Source: Chlorobiota bacterium
Lineage (GTDB): Bacteria > Bacteroidota > Ignavibacteria > OLB7
Length of the DNA stretch: 64,000 nt
NCBI GenBank assembly: GCA_016710285.1
Contig: JADJXR010000001.1
Location: 3,573,232-3,637,231, forward strand
Direction: 5' to 3'
Shown here: positions 10,822-20,638 of the stretch, one piece after another
Layout: the number at the start of each line of letters is the position of its first letter
Numbering within the stretch: position 1 is the stretch's first letter
Notes under the pieces: generated by a model
Databases searched by the model: none
What the model saw: the letters and a program-made list of their open reading frames with translations, nothing else
Told to the model about the DNA's origin: nothing
Translations under genes and position numbers: made by a program

Positions 10822-11286
10822 ATGCCAAAAATTTTGGAAGGTTCGTTGAACGCCAGCGGCTACCGTTTTGCGGTGGCTGTCAGCCGCTGGAATGATTTTA
10901 TCACCCGCCGGTTGCTGGAGGGCGCGTTGGAGTGCATCCGAATGCACGGTGGAGACGTTGACGCGGTGACAGTGGCGTATGTCCCGGGGGCGTTTGAGCT
11001 TCCGTTGGCCGCCAAGCGATTGGCCGAATCGGGCAACTACGACGCGGTGATTGTGCTTGGTGCCGTGATTCGCGGCGGAACCCCCCATTTCAACTATGTT
11101 GCCGGGGAAGCGGTGAAAGGGATCAGCAACGCCATGATGGCCACCAACATCCCCTGCACCTTTGGCGTGCTGACGGTGGACACCATCGAGCAAGCCATTG
11201 AACGCGCAGGAACCAAAGCCGGAAACAAAGGCTGGGAAGCAGCGCAAACCGCGATTGAAATGGTTGGGTTGCTGAAACAACTTTAA
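10822..11286 (+). CDS. ribH: 6,7-dimethyl-8-ribityllumazine synthase
   Basis: Full-length 154-aa match to the lumazine synthase pattern (FAVAVSRWNDFITRRLLEGA..., VPGAFELPLAAKRLAESGNYDAVIVLGAVIRGGTPHFNYV). Confidence 0.9.
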   Translation: MPKILEGSLNASGYRFAVAVSRWNDFITRRLLEGALECIRMHGGDVDAVTVAYVPGAFELPLAAKRLAESGNYDAVIVLGAVIRGGTPHFNYVAGEAVKGISNAMMATNIPCTFGVLTVDTIEQAIERAGTKAGNKGWEAAQTAIEMVGLLKQL

Positions 11287-11421
11287 CACCGCCCCTAAAC
11301 ACCAACCCACACGGTTTGTTCCCCGTTCACCCCAAACTTTTGCCTTGCATTGCCGGTGGGATTTCAGTTGGTTCGCCCCATCCACTCAATGCCAGTACGG
11401 CTGCTCTCACTTTTTGGATCT

Positions 11422-13722
11422 ATGATGCTTCACACTTCCCTTGATGTATCCCGCCGCCGGGGTGCGTTCTTGGCCGGGATCTGCTTGTTCCTGATTGGCT
11501 CCGCTGCCGTTTCGTTTGCCCAAACCGCGCCGGTCTGGAAGGCCTACAGCTCCATGCGAACCGTCTTGGGCGCAACGTTCGATGCCGATGGAGGGGTCTG
11601 GGCCGCCACCACTGGCGGTGTCTTCCGCTACGACCCGGCTGCCGATTCCTTCGCCACCTTCCGCACCACCGAAGGGCTTCTGCGGTTGACGGCCCTTGCC
11701 GTGGGCTACGATGACGATTCCAAAACACTCTATGTTGGCTCCGACAACGGAGCCATCAGCATCTATCACACAGCGGAGCAGCGTTGGAGCTACTCCACCG
11801 AGATCAGCACGATCAGCCGCCCCGATAAAAAGATCACCGGCTTCCGCTTCCACAACGGAAAAACCTACGTGCTGACGGCTTTCGGGGTCGCAGTCTATAA
11901 TCCAGCCGACAGCACTTTCGGCGATAGCTACACCCGCTTCGGGAACCTTCCTCCGTTCCTTCCCGCCCACGACATCCTTTTTTTCAACGACACTATCTGG
12001 GTTGCTAGCGAGTTCGGGCTGGCATGGGCGCCGGAGCGTGGCAAGGTTCTGACCGACCCGAAATCATGGGCGGTTGCTGGCTTGCAAGAAGGGCTTTCGG
12101 ACACCACGTACGGCCTTGCCGTTGCTGGCGGAAATCTTCAGATAGCCACCGGACGCGGCGTGTTCCAACGGATTGATGGCACGTTCCAACGCCGTGGCGA
12201 TCTTCCTCCAGTTCCTTTCCACCTTACGCAGTCCGCAAACGTGGCGATCGCCTGGTCCGGAGCCAACCTGTTCCGGTTCAACGACACCACTGCATCGTTC
12301 CGGCAAATTCAAAGTGCGGAAACCGAGATTCAACACGCTGCCGCCGCGCCCAACGGCACGTTTGCCCTTACCACAAACCGCGATGGCCTTGCCATTCCGG
12401 TTGCCGATACCTTGCGCTACCTGTTCCCAAATTCTCCGGTGTCGAACGCTTTTGCCAGCTTGGTGAAAGGGAAGGGGGGAAGCATTTGGGTGGGCACCGC
12501 AACCAGTGGGGGCGATGGTCGCGGCCTAAGCAAACTAAGCAACGAAGTCTGGGAAACATTCGCCTTCCCAACCACGCCGGACCTCCCCTCGAACAACAGC
12601 TGGAACATTGGCAATGGAGCCGACAGCACGGTGTGGGTGGGGCTGTTCCCGGGCGGATTCCTGCGGATTGGCGAAGAAGGATGGAAGCTCTACAACGCCC
12701 AGAACTCCCCGCTGATTGGAATTAATGGGAGCGAAAAAACGTACGTCATTGGCGCGGGTGCCGCCGAGCATAACGGAAGAACATGGCTGGTAAACTGGGA
12801 CAACACCTCGGCGATTGGACCGGTGCTGGTGGCGCAGCTTCGCCCGGGCGAGCAGTCGCCCGATGGCAGCGGGTTTGTTAGCTACCGAAGCCCATTCCCA
12901 CGCACCTACCGTTACATTGCCATTGACCGCAACGGGACGAAGTGGCTGGGGGCCGATGGGAGCTTAAGCCTTCAAGGATTGCAATGGTTCCGCGACACCG
13001 GTTCGGCCCCGGCAACCAACCGTGGCATCTGGGGGATTATCACCACAAACGACGGGCTTCCATCAAACCAGCAATCGGCGTTGCTGGTGGACCCCGACGG
13101 CGAAGTCTGGATTGGAACGCCCTCTGGGCTGGTGGTGCTGGTGAACCCTTCGTTCATGCTGAATCGTGGGCGGCCAACGTTCCGCACCGTGCGTGCGCTG
13201 CGCGATGTTGGTATCCGCGCCATTGCCGTTGATGCCTTGAACCGCAAATGGGTCGGGACCGATCAAGGGGTCTATCTGATGAGCCTTGACGGCACCGAAT
13301 TGCTGGAACGATACACCGTTGATAACTCCCCATTGGTGGATAATTCTGTTAGATCAATTCTTACGGATTACGCCACGGGTGATGTTTATATTGGCACCGC
13401 AAATGGCATGAACAGGGTGTCAACGCCAGCAGTGGAGTCGCCGGAGACGGCCACCTCAATTGTTGCCTCACCTCAGCCGTTTATTGTGCCAGCCAACCAG
13501 CCGCTTCGCCTGTCTGGGCTTCCTGCCGATGCTTCGGTGAAAATCTTGACGGTGAGTGGCGTGCTTGTTCGGCAATTTCAATCCCCCGGCGGGGCTGTTG
13601 CCTTCTGGGATGGTTTTGATGATAACGGCAAAATGGTTCCCAGCGGCATCTATCTGGTGGCTGCCGGAACCGAGCAAGGAGAACAAACCGTGGTTGGTAA
13701 AATTGCGGTAATCCAGCAATAG
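11422..13722 (+). CDS. Secreted beta-propeller / two-component-regulator-propeller repeat protein with a T9SS C-terminal sorting domain
   Basis: Signal peptide. Repeated WVGT/G-x-GL motifs typical of Reg_prop/Y_Y_Y repeats. C-terminal beta-sandwich tail (VKILTVSGVLVRQFQSPGGAVAFWDGFDDNGKMVPSGIYLVAAGT) typical of T9SS type-A cargo. Confidence 0.6.
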   Translation: MMLHTSLDVSRRRGAFLAGICLFLIGSAAVSFAQTAPVWKAYSSMRTVLGATFDADGGVWAATTGGVFRYDPAADSFATFRTTEGLLRLTALAVGYDDDSKTLYVGSDNGAISIYHTAEQRWSYSTEISTISRPDKKITGFRFHNGKTYVLTAFGVAVYNPADSTFGDSYTRFGNLPPFLPAHDILFFNDTIWVASEFGLAWAPERGKVLTDPKSWAVAGLQEGLSDTTYGLAVAGGNLQIATGRGVFQRIDGTFQRRGDLPPVPFHLTQSANVAIAWSGANLFRFNDTTASFRQIQSAETEIQHAAAAPNGTFALTTNRDGLAIPVADTLRYLFPNSPVSNAFASLVKGKGGSIWVGTATSGGDGRGLSKLSNEVWETFAFPTTPDLPSNNSWNIGNGADSTVWVGLFPGGFLRIGEEGWKLYNAQNSPLIGINGSEKTYVIGAGAAEHNGRTWLVNWDNTSAIGPVLVAQLRPGEQSPDGSGFVSYRSPFPRTYRYIAIDRNGTKWLGADGSLSLQGLQWFRDTGSAPATNRGIWGIITTNDGLPSNQQSALLVDPDGEVWIGTPSGLVVLVNPSFMLNRGRPTFRTVRALRDVGIRAIAVDALNRKWVGTDQGVYLMSLDGTELLERYTVDNSPLVDNSVRSILTDYATGDVYIGTANGMNRVSTPAVESPETATSIVASPQPFIVPANQPLRLSGLPADASVKILTVSGVLVRQFQSPGGAVAFWDGFDDNGKMVPSGIYLVAAGTEQGEQTVVGKIAVIQQ

Positions 13723-13785
13723 CGTTGCACCCAGCAGCATTGCCTGAACAGAAACGTTTCGATCAAAAAAACAAGGGGACTGCAA

Positions 13786-14082
13786 GTGGAAAACAATCGT
13801 GATGAAGTTTTTTCCCGGCGCGTGCGTGCTGGCAAACGAACCTACTTTGTGGACGTTCGTTCGACTCGCTCCGGCCATGATTACTACCTGACCATTACCG
13901 AAAGCAAACGCAGCGCAGAAGGTGAAGAAAAAGAGAAATTCAAAATCTTCCTCTATAAGGAGGACTTTGAGAAGTTCCGTGCAGCACTGAACGAAGCCCT
14001 GGATTTCGTTTATCAGGAACTTGCCAAAATCAACGCGCTTCCACGCCAGCGCGAGAACTACGTCGAAGAAAACGAAGCGTAG
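13786..14082 (+). CDS. PUR-alpha-like nucleic-acid-binding protein (DUF3276)
   Basis: 98 aa; RRVRAGKRTYFVDVRSTRSGHDYYLTITESKR...FKIFLYKEDFEKF matches the Bacteroidota-type DUF3276/PurA repeat. Confidence 0.5.
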   Translation: MENNRDEVFSRRVRAGKRTYFVDVRSTRSGHDYYLTITESKRSAEGEEKEKFKIFLYKEDFEKFRAALNEALDFVYQELAKINALPRQRENYVEENEA

Positions 14083-14235
14083 CACGGTATTTCCCCACTA
14101 CGCGTATGATGTATATCCAACAACTCCACGCATCATTCGGTTGGTGTGTGGAGTTCTTGTTTCCGGTGGGGGATTCCACGCCGAAACATTTGGCTTGCTG
14201 CCGTGCCGTGAACATCCATCATCCATAATCGAGAG

Positions 14236-14991
14236 ATGTCCAGTATCCTTCTTTTTGCTTCCCCAATTCATGCTGCCGAGCTGGCATTGGCGATTGCCCC
14301 CGAGCATCAACTGCTCCTTTGGGACGACGGCCTGGACCCCGCTGCCGCCGCTGCAATCCCCGAGCGCATCGTTCGGATTGAATCAACGTCGCAGCTTCCC
14401 GCGGACCTTTCCGCCATTGTTGAACTTTCCTGCGTTGACGATGGCCAGAAGCACAGCAATCTTGGGTTCATCGGCCAGATTGCCCAGCCGCAAACCCTTA
14501 TCCTGAGCAACACCCTGACGATGACCGCAACCGCCGCCGCCTCGCTGATGGGAGGGGGATTTCCGGTGGTTGGGTTCAGCTTCTTGCCGTCGGTGTTCGG
14601 CGCGGCATCGCTGGTGGAGCTTGCGCCTTCCCTTCAGATTGCGCAATCAAACAGGGAGGGCGTGGTGCAGAATGCCCGCCAGCTGTTTGCACGCGATGCA
14701 GAAGTGGTGGAAGATCGGCTTGGCTTGGTCTCGGCACGGGTGCTGGCAATGGTGATTAACGAGGCCGCGTTCGCGCTGATGGAAGGGGTTGCTTCCCCCG
14801 CCGACATTGACACCGCGATGAAGCTGGGAACCAACTATCCCCAAGGTCCCCTTGCCTGGGCCGACCGCATCGGGCCCGATGTGGTGCTGGCGTTGCTGGA
14901 AGCCCTTTGGCAGGAGTACCGCGAAGAACGCTACCGCCCCTGCGTGCTGCTGCGCCAGCTTGCCCGCGCCAACAAACCCTTCCATGCCTGA
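14236..14991 (+). CDS. 3-hydroxyacyl-CoA dehydrogenase-like protein with degenerate cofactor and catalytic motifs
   Basis: Aligns end to end with HBD-family proteins. The C-terminal domain is conserved ([41 protein letters not shown]). The N-terminal GxGxxG is replaced by ASPIHA and the HFFNP motif by GFSFLP. Confidence 0.6.
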   Translation: MSSILLFASPIHAAELALAIAPEHQLLLWDDGLDPAAAAAIPERIVRIESTSQLPADLSAIVELSCVDDGQKHSNLGFIGQIAQPQTLILSNTLTMTATAAASLMGGGFPVVGFSFLPSVFGAASLVELAPSLQIAQSNREGVVQNARQLFARDAEVVEDRLGLVSARVLAMVINEAAFALMEGVASPADIDTAMKLGTNYPQGPLAWADRIGPDVVLALLEALWQEYREERYRPCVLLRQLARANKPFHA

Positions 14992-15062
14992 AACGCTTGC
15001 TCCTGAAGTCGGTTCGCTTGCGCCGTTCCATCAACTTTAACCACAGAAAACCAACCGTGACC

Positions 15063-16274
15063 ATGTCCGAAGCATACATCGTTTCCCCGCTCCGAACTCC
15101 AGTAGGAAAATATGGCGGCGCGCTCTCCGCCGTCCGTGCCGATGACCTTGCCGCCCTTGTGGTTCGCACCGTTGTTGAACGCGCCGGGGTTCCCCCCGAA
15201 GCCATCAACGATGTGATTCTGGGCTGCGCAAACCAAGCCGGCGAGGACAACCGCAACGTGGCACGCATGGCGGTGCTGCTGGCCGGGCTTCCGCAAAGCG
15301 TTCCGGCAACCACCATCAACCGCTTGTGCGGCTCGGCATTGGATGCGGTGATTGCTGCCGCCCGTGCGGTCCGTTCCGGCGAAGCTGATCTGGTGATTGC
15401 TGGCGGGGTGGAGGTGATGTCGCGCGCGCCGTATGTCCTGCCGAAAAACGTTTCCGGCGGGGCAATGTTCGGCAATCTTACCGCCTACGATACCGCCCTG
15501 GGGTGGCGTTTCCCGAATGCAAAAATGGAGGCGATGTTCCCGCTGGAGCAGATGGGGGAGACCGCCGAAAACGTTGCCGAGAAATGGGCCATCAGCCGCC
15601 AGGAGCAGGATGAGTTCGCGCTCCGTTCGCACCACGCAGCGGTGGATGCCTGGGAAGCCGGGCGTTACGACGACACGGTGATCCCCGTGGAAATCCCGCA
15701 GAAAAAAGGTGACCCCATTGTTGTCCGCCGCGACGAAACGCCGCGAAAAGATACCTCGGTGGAAAAACTTGCCACGCTGAAACCAGCCTTCCGCAAAGGG
15801 GGAAGCGTTACCCCGGGGAACTCTAGCAGCCTGAACGACGGTGCGGGCGCGCTGATTGTGGCCAGCCAACGCGCCGTGGAAGAATACGGCCTGAAGCCAA
15901 TCCTGAAATATGTTTCGGGTGGGGTGGCGGGGGTTGATCCTCGGTTCATGGGAATCGGGCCGGTTCCGGCAACCCACAAGGCTCTTGCCACCGCCGGGCT
16001 AACGCTTGACCAGATTGATCTTATCGAGCTGAACGAAGCCTTTGCCTCGCAGTCCATCGCGGTGATTCGGGAACTGGGGTTGGACCTCAGCAAGGTGAAC
16101 GTGAATGGCGGGGCGATTGCCCTGGGCCACCCGCTGGGGATGTCGGGCGTGCGGCTGATTGCCACGCTTGGAAGCGAAATGGCGCGCCGCCCCAACAGCC
16201 GCTACGGCCTTGCCACCATGTGCATTGGAGTAGGCCAGGGGATTAGCGCGATTTTTGAGAAAGTGCAGGGGTGA
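15063..16274 (+). CDS. Acetyl-CoA C-acyltransferase / 3-ketoacyl-CoA thiolase
   Basis: Thiolase signatures: [11 protein letters not shown] (active Cys), NEAFASQ, and [11 protein letters not shown]...CIGVGQG at the C-terminus. Confidence 0.9.
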   Translation: MSEAYIVSPLRTPVGKYGGALSAVRADDLAALVVRTVVERAGVPPEAINDVILGCANQAGEDNRNVARMAVLLAGLPQSVPATTINRLCGSALDAVIAAARAVRSGEADLVIAGGVEVMSRAPYVLPKNVSGGAMFGNLTAYDTALGWRFPNAKMEAMFPLEQMGETAENVAEKWAISRQEQDEFALRSHHAAVDAWEAGRYDDTVIPVEIPQKKGDPIVVRRDETPRKDTSVEKLATLKPAFRKGGSVTPGNSSSLNDGAGALIVASQRAVEEYGLKPILKYVSGGVAGVDPRFMGIGPVPATHKALATAGLTLDQIDLIELNEAFASQSIAVIRELGLDLSKVNVNGGAIALGHPLGMSGVRLIATLGSEMARRPNSRYGLATMCIGVGQGISAIFEKVQG

Positions 16275-16284
16275 AAGCCCCGAA

Positions 16285-16535
16285 ACATCAGGGTTGCGAC
16301 TACACAGGTAGCCGCCCCGACCTCCGTCGGGGTTGATAAAAGGTCTTTAGCCTTCGGTGTCATCTGACTGGGCCCCGATAAAGATCGTGGCCGCTACCGT
16401 TCCGAAACTGCTGCCGCACAGGTAGCCGAAGGTCTTTAGCCTTCGGTGTCTTAGCCTTCGGCGTCATCTGACTGGGCCCCGATAAAGATCGGGGCCGCTA
16501 CCGTTTCGACAGATCGGGGTCGCTACCACCGGTGT
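16285..16535. repeat. Dispersed copies (about two units) of the 118-bp hairpin-repeat family found in tandem at 50160..51010
   Basis: Contains GTAGCCG(C/T)CCCGAC-NNNN-GTCGGG(A/G)TTGATAAAAGGTCTTTAGCCTTCGG and GGCCCCGATAAAGATCG(G)GGCCGCTACC modules. It lies between the convergent 3' ends of the thiolase and rlmD genes. Confidence 0.7.
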
Positions 16536-16552
16536 CAACGTTGCACCGCTAT

Positions 16553-17992
16553 TTACTCCCCCCGCAGCGTCAGCCTTGCCACCGTTTCGATGTGGTAGGT
16601 CTGCGGGAACATATCCACGGGCTGCACAAAATCAACGGAGTATCGCTCGGCCAGCATCGCGCAGTCGCGTGCTTGGGTGGTGGGGTTGCAGCTAACGTAG
16701 CTGATTCTGGAGGGGGCAAGCTCCATCAGCCGCCGGACAACATCCTCGTGCATTCCCGCCCGCGGTGGGTCGGTGATCACAACATCGGGAACGCCGCCGA
16801 CGCGCCCCACCACATCTTTCAAATCCCCGGCGATAAACTCTGCATTCGCCACGCCGTTCAGCACGGCGTTTGCGCGTGCGTCGGCAACCGCGCCTTCGTT
16901 CAGCTCAATCCCGATCGCGCTTCCGCTGCGCCGCGCCGCCGCAAGTGTGATGGTCCCCGCGCCGCAATACAAGTCCCAAACGGAATCATCTTCGGTTAGC
17001 CGTGCGGCGTTCAAGGCTTCCTCGTACAAGCGGTTCGCCTGGATGCTGTTGGTTTGGAAGAAGGAGAAGGGGGAGATGCTGAAACGGTTCCCCGCCACCA
17101 TCTCGGTGATTGTGCCGCTTCCATGAAGAACCCGCACCTCTTCGCTGAAGGCAATCTGCGCCTTCTTCCGGTTGATCCCTTGCACGATGGTCGTCACCCC
17201 AGGAAAATGGACCCGAAGGAATCGTGCGTATTGCTCCATCGCTTGGTCCGCCTCCTCGCTTGTCACCAAAATCACCATTGCCTCGCCCGTCCCCCGCGAC
17301 GTTCGGATCACCAGATTGCGAAGCAGCCCGGTGTGCGTGCGGAAGTTGTACGGGGCCAAACCATGCTCCAACGCAAAGGAGCGCGTGGCGTTCAGCACCC
17401 CGTTGCTAAGCTCCGACTGCAGGAAGCATCCGCCAATATCCAGCACCTTGTCGTACCGCCCGGGGACGTGCAGGCCCAGCGCGAAATCCCGCACAAACTC
17501 CTTCCCGCTGGCGATTTCCGCATCGGTTAGCCAACGCTGGTCGGCAAAGGAGAACTCCATTTTGTTCCGGTAGAAGAAGGGTTCGTCGCAGCCGATGGTT
17601 GGGCGAATCTCCACTTCCTGCAACCCTCCAATCCGTTGGAATGCGTCCAGAACGTGCTGGCGTTTCCAGCGAAGTTGCTCGGCATACTCAAGGTTCTGCC
17701 ATTTGCACCCGCCACACGTCCCGAAGTATTCGCACGGTGGGGAAATCCGGTGGGGGCTGGGCGTAATCACTTGCACGGTGCGCCCTTCGGCGTAGCGTTG
17801 TTTTGTGCGGGTGATCTGCGCCAGCACCGTATCGCCAGGGACGCAGCCGGACAGGAACACCGCCATTCCGTCGTGGCGTGCAACGCACCCCCCTTCAAAG
17901 GCTGCCGTTTCGGCCACCAGTGTGTATTGATTCCCCTTGCGAAGCCGGGGCCGCAACGGTTCTTCTGAAATTTCCGATTCTTGGTTGGTCAT
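16553..17992 (-). CDS. rlmD: 23S rRNA (uracil-C5)-methyltransferase RlmD/RumA family (TRAM domain + Fe-S + SAM MTase)
   Basis: TRAM N-terminal region, the cysteine cluster CEYFGTCGGCKWQ, and the SAM-MTase motifs LYCGAGTITL and DPPRAGM. Confidence 0.8.
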   Translation of the reverse strand: MTNQESEISEEPLRPRLRKGNQYTLVAETAAFEGGCVARHDGMAVFLSGCVPGDTVLAQITRTKQRYAEGRTVQVITPSPHRISPPCEYFGTCGGCKWQNLEYAEQLRWKRQHVLDAFQRIGGLQEVEIRPTIGCDEPFFYRNKMEFSFADQRWLTDAEIASGKEFVRDFALGLHVPGRYDKVLDIGGCFLQSELSNGVLNATRSFALEHGLAPYNFRTHTGLLRNLVIRTSRGTGEAMVILVTSEEADQAMEQYARFLRVHFPGVTTIVQGINRKKAQIAFSEEVRVLHGSGTITEMVAGNRFSISPFSFFQTNSIQANRLYEEALNAARLTEDDSVWDLYCGAGTITLAAARRSGSAIGIELNEGAVADARANAVLNGVANAEFIAGDLKDVVGRVGGVPDVVITDPPRAGMHEDVVRRLMELAPSRISYVSCNPTTQARDCAMLAERYSVDFVQPVDMFPQTYHIETVARLTLRGE

Positions 17993-18089
17993 TGTTTGGC
18001 AAACTGTTCTGTTCAAACTACGCCATGTTGCATGGCATAGCGGCGTGCAATGTCGTAAAAGTTCCCCATCTCGTGGTAATTTCTTGGCC

Positions 18090-19685
18090 ATGAATCTTTA
18101 CCAGATGCTCCGCCGCGCTGCGGTGCTTTTCCCCAACTCCATCGCTGCCGTTGACGGGCAGCGCAGCTTCACCTATCGTGAGCTTGAATCGCGTGTGCGG
18201 CAGCTTGCCTTCCACCTTTCTTCCTGCGGGGTTGCCCCGGGCGGGCGCGTGGCCGTGCTTGATGTGAACTCCATTGAATATCTGGAAAGTTACTTCGCGG
18301 CGGCGGCGTTGGGGGTAATCCTTTGTCCGCTCAATTTCCGGCTAAGCCCGCCAGAACTTGCGGCAATTCTTGCCGATTGCGAAGCGCAGCTGCTGATTGC
18401 CAATGTGGAGTTCGCCCCCGCCGTTGCCGCCGCGCTGCACGGGGCAAACACGGTTTCCCACCTTCTTTGGATTGGTGGATTGCCGCCAGCAGCGGCGGAC
18501 AATTCTTGCAGAAGCGAGGCAAGCTACCAGCAAGCAATGGAGCCGTGCGGCGTGGTGGAATTCCCCAGCAGCATTCCCCACACCACCGTTGCCCAACTGT
18601 ATTACACCAGCGGAACCACCGGCCGCCCAAAAGGGGTGATGCTTACCCACGGGAACGTCTATCTGCACGCCATTGGCGCGGTGGCCGAGCTTGGCCTGTG
18701 CCAGTCGGACCGCTGGGGCCATATCGCGCCGATGTTCCACCTTGCCGATGCCTGGGCAACGTTTGCGATAACCATGGTTGGTGGATGCCACGTCATCGTC
18801 CCGAAATTCCAGGCGGAGGGGGCGTTGGCCGCAATCGAGGAACACCGCATCACCATCACCAACCTTATCCCCACCATGCTCAATTTGATGGTGAAACATC
18901 CAGACGTGGGGCGGCGGTCCTACGCCTCGCTTCGGTATATCCTGAGCGGTGGCGCGCCGATAGCACCGGAAGTCGTCCGCCAAATCATCTCCACTTTTGG
19001 CTGCGATTACGTCCAAACCTACGGCATGACGGAAACCAGCCCATATTTAACGCTCAGCCTGCTGAAAAATCATCTAACAACATTGCCGCAGGAAGAACAG
19101 CTTCGGTATAAATCAAAAACGGGACGGGCATTTATCACCGTTGAATTAAAAGTTGTGCGCGATGATGGAACCGAGGTGAAAAATAACGAGCAAGAGGTTG
19201 GCGAAATTCTTGTGCGCGGCGGAACAATTACCCCAGGATATTGGAACCGCCCGGCGGAAACCGAGGCCGCATTCCAGGATGGATGGTTAAAAACCGGCGA
19301 CCTTGCCGTAATTGATGAAGAAGGGTACGTGACAATCGTGGACAGGAAAAAAGATATGATTATCACCGGCGGGGAAAATGTTTATTCCACCGAAGTGGAG
19401 AACGTTTTATACCAGCATCCAGCAATTTTGGAAGCCGCAGCATTTGGCATTCCCGACGACGTTTTTGGGGAAACGGTGGCTGCGGCAATCGTCCTGCGCG
19501 AATTGCAAGAAATTTCCAGCGAGCAGGTGATTTCTTTTTGCCGAGAATATCTGTCGGGATTCAAAATTCCTCGCCAGATATTTTTTCTGGAAACATTGCC
19601 CCGCACCGGGACGGGGAAAATCTCTAAAAAAATGATCCGAGAATCGCTTGCTGCCAGCCAGCAAGCACCAACCAACCATTCCTAA
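18090..19685 (+). CDS. Long-chain-fatty-acid--CoA ligase / AMP-dependent synthetase
   Basis: AMP-binding motif YTSGTTGRPKGV, plus TYGMTE, GWLKTGDL and the C-terminal GKISKK lysine. Confidence 0.85.
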   Translation: MNLYQMLRRAAVLFPNSIAAVDGQRSFTYRELESRVRQLAFHLSSCGVAPGGRVAVLDVNSIEYLESYFAAAALGVILCPLNFRLSPPELAAILADCEAQLLIANVEFAPAVAAALHGANTVSHLLWIGGLPPAAADNSCRSEASYQQAMEPCGVVEFPSSIPHTTVAQLYYTSGTTGRPKGVMLTHGNVYLHAIGAVAELGLCQSDRWGHIAPMFHLADAWATFAITMVGGCHVIVPKFQAEGALAAIEEHRITITNLIPTMLNLMVKHPDVGRRSYASLRYILSGGAPIAPEVVRQIISTFGCDYVQTYGMTETSPYLTLSLLKNHLTTLPQEEQLRYKSKTGRAFITVELKVVRDDGTEVKNNEQEVGEILVRGGTITPGYWNRPAETEAAFQDGWLKTGDLAVIDEEGYVTIVDRKKDMIITGGENVYSTEVENVLYQHPAILEAAAFGIPDDVFGETVAAAIVLRELQEISSEQVISFCREYLSGFKIPRQIFFLETLPRTGTGKISKKMIRESLAASQQAPTNHS

Positions 19686-19706
19686 TCACCAACAATCAAA
19701 CAACAA

Positions 19707-20624
19707 ATGAACCGGTATAAACTCGCCTTGCTATTTCTGCTGCTTGCACTCCTTTTTCCCATCGGGATTCCGGCACAGACCGACACCGCCGTAAAAGTGC
19801 TGCTTGTGAACGCCCATCCCGACGATGAATCTGGATGCGCCGCCACCGTGTATAAAATCACTCACGACCTGAAAGGAGTTGTGGACCTTGCCGTGATAAC
19901 CAACGGCGAAGCAGGCTACAAATACTCAACCCTTGCCGAATCAATTTATGGGATGGAGTTGACGGAGGAGGCCGTTGGTCGGGAATTTTTGCCGACAATT
20001 CGGAAACGCGAACTGATGAACGGCGGCAAGTGGGTCGGCATCCGTAATTATTATTTTATGGAGCAGAAGGACACCCGCTATTCAACCGACCCGTCGGAGG
20101 TAATGAATACTGGAGTGTGGAACCTTGCGCAAGTAAAACAGCGATTAACGGAAATCATTCTTCGCGAACGGTACGATTATATTTTTTGCTTGCTTCCAAC
20201 CGATGGAACACATGGCCACCATAAATCAGCAACAATTTTGGCATTGCAGACAGTCCAAGAATTGCCAGCGGAACAACGCCCGGTGGTGCTTGGCGTTTCC
20301 GACTCGACAAAAGGGGACACCGCTGCAACCCGATTTTCCATGCTGGCAAAATACCCCGAAACAAAAATCAGCAGTGGCAAGCCAAGTTTCTTTTTTGATA
20401 GAACCGTGAAGTTCGGATTTAAAAACGCGCTGGATTATAAAATCGTTGTGAATTGGCTGATTGCCGAACATAAATCACAAGGAACCATGCAAACCGGAAT
20501 GAGCAGGGGAGACATTGAGCAATTCTGGTTTTTCGACATCAACGATCCAGCAAAAATGGAGGAAACAAAGCAGATGTTTGAGCGATTGAAGCCAATCCCT
20601 TTCCCGAAAAAAGAATACAAGTAA
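19707..20624 (+). CDS. Secreted PIG-L/LmbE-family N-acetylglucosaminyl deacetylase
   Basis: Signal peptide. Hallmark VLLVNAHPDDESGCAA motif and HxxH (GTHGHHKSA). Confidence 0.75.
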   Translation: MNRYKLALLFLLLALLFPIGIPAQTDTAVKVLLVNAHPDDESGCAATVYKITHDLKGVVDLAVITNGEAGYKYSTLAESIYGMELTEEAVGREFLPTIRKRELMNGGKWVGIRNYYFMEQKDTRYSTDPSEVMNTGVWNLAQVKQRLTEIILRERYDYIFCLLPTDGTHGHHKSATILALQTVQELPAEQRPVVLGVSDSTKGDTAATRFSMLAKYPETKISSGKPSFFFDRTVKFGFKNALDYKIVVNWLIAEHKSQGTMQTGMSRGDIEQFWFFDINDPAKMEETKQMFERLKPIPFPKKEYK

Positions 20625-20638
20625 CCAAACTGCGCATT

